A DNA stretch of 64,000 bases from Malacoraja senta (taxonomy: Eukaryota): the NCBI GenBank assembly GCA_038087875.1, contig JAXLNO010000331.1:1-64000 (forward strand), written 5' to 3'. A program made the position numbers and the translations under genes. Numbering within the stretch: the first letter of the stretch is position 1; every line of letters starts with the position of its first letter. The notes below the pieces were generated by a model. It worked only from the letters and a program-made list of their open reading frames with translations. It ran no database searches and had not been told where the DNA came from. Shown here one piece after another: positions 62,407-64,000 of the stretch.

Positions 62407-63969
62407 ATTGTTTGTCATATACATCAATGATCTGGATGATGGTGTGGTAAATTGGATTAGTAAGTATGCAGATGACACTAAGATAGGTGGTGTTGTGGAT
62501 AATGAAGTCGATTTTCAAAGTCTACAGAGAGATTTAGGCCATTTGGAAGAGTGGGCTGAAAGATGGCAGATGGAGTTTAATGCTGATAAGTGTGAGGTGC
62601 TACATCTTGGCAGGACAAATCAAAATAGGACGTACATGGTAAATGGTAGCGAATTGAGGAATGCAGTTGAACAGAGGGATCTAGGAATAACTGGGCATAG
62701 TTCCCTGAAGGTGGAATCTCATGTAGATAGGGTGGGAAAGGGTGGTATAGGAGCAGGGAGGTTCTACTGCAGTTGTACAGGGTCTTGGTGAGACCACACC
62801 TGGAGTATTGCGTACAGTTTTGGTCTCCTAATCTGAGGAAGGACATTATTGCCATAGAGGGAGTGCAGAGAAGGTTCACCAGACTGATTCCTGGGATGGC
62901 AGGACTTTCATATGAAGAAAGACTGGATAGACTCGGCTTGTACTCGCTAGAATTGAGAAGATTGAGGTGGGATCTTACAGAAACGTACAAAATTCTTAAG
63001 GGGTTGGACAGGCTAGATGCAGGAAGATTGTTCCCGATGTTGGGGAAGTCCAGGACAAGGGGTCACAGATTAAGGATAAGGGGGAAATCCTTTAGGACCG
63101 AGATGAGAAAAAAAAATTCACACAGAGAGTGGTGAATCTGTGGAACTCTCTGCCACAGAAGGTAGTTGAGGCCAGTTCATTGGCTATATTTAAGAGGGAG
63201 TTAGATGTGGCCCTTGTGGCTAAAGGGATCAGGGGGTATGGAGAGAAGGCAGGTACGGGATACTGAGTTGGATGATCAGTATGGCCTCTACTCCTGCACC
63301 TATTGTCTATGTTTCTATGTAAAGAAAGCTTTTGGTGTGCTGGCCTTTATAAATCAGAGCATTGAGTATAGAAGTTGGGATGTAATGTTAAAATTGTACA
63401 AGGCATTGGTGAGGCCAATTCTGGAGTATGGAGTACAATTTTGGTCGCCTAATTATAGGAAGGATGTCAACAAAATAGAGAGAGTACAGAGGAGATTTAC
63501 TAGAATGTTGCCTGGGTTTCAGCAACTAAGTTACAGAGAAAGGTTGAACAAGTTAGGTCTTTATTCTTTGGAGCGCAGAAGGTTAAGAGGGGACTTGATA
63601 GAGGTCTTTAAAATGATGAGCGGGTTAGACAGAGTGGACGTGGATAAGCTTTTCCCATTGAGAGTAGGGAAGATTCAAACAAGGGGACATGACTTGAGAA
63701 TTAAGGGACAGAAGTTTAGGGGGAACATGAGGGGGAACTTCTTTACTCAGAGAGTGGTAGCTGTGTGGAATGAGCTTCCAGTGGAAGTGGTGGAGGCAGG
63801 TTCGTTTTTATAGTTTACAAATAGATTGGATAGGTATATAGCCGGGAAAGGAATGGAGGGTTATGGTCTGAGTGCAGGTAGATGGGACTAGGGGAGAGTA
63901 AGTGTTGGGCACGGACTAGAAGGGCCGAGATGGCCTGTTTCCGTGCTATAATTGTTATATGGTAATATG
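62407..63969 (+). mobile_element. CR1-A with its native 3' end (no junction)
   Basis: Continues TRGHDLRIKGQKFRGNMRGNFFTQRVVAVWNELP through a 3' UTR with a GGCC-GAGAT-GGCC hairpin and a GTTATATG/GTAATATG octamer tail. Confidence 0.9.
62747..63320 (+). mobile_element. Nested CR1-B 3' fragment
   Basis: ORF 62773-63135 plus tail. Confidence 0.9.
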
Positions 63970-64000
63970 GCCTGTTTCCGCGCTGTATCTCTGAAGTGAA

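Overview
Eukaryotic repeat DNA, most likely vertebrate. The CR1 3' ends look chondrichthyan (shark/skate-like), which is an inference. I found no host gene, RNA gene or CRISPR array. About half the window is a 20-bp minisatellite (consensus GTGAGACTGTGTAAAAGTTT). The rest is amplified copies of five 5'-truncated non-LTR retrotransposon insertions, with my own labels: CR1-A, two CR1-B insertions (one nested in CR1-A, one nested in a Rex1/Babar element), CR1-C inserted in the satellite, and the Rex1/Babar element. They form a composite macrosatellite with monomers of about 3-8.6 kb. Block types are T1 = CR1-A[CR1-B+]/CR1-B(-)/Rex, T2 = Rex[CR1-B(-)], and C = CR1-C. The monomers are organised into a near-identical 27,804-bp higher-order repeat (T1-C-C-T1-C-T2-C-T2-C) present about twice, followed by more diverged units. 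T1 contains a rearrangement junction with 2-bp microhomology, and both unjoined parental sequences are in the window. The last CR1-A copy (62.4-64 kb) lacks the junction and probably marks the native edge of the array. I see no convincing new protein-coding system. The long ORFs are satellite read-through or dead RT fragments. Boundaries were placed by eye and may be off by a few bases.
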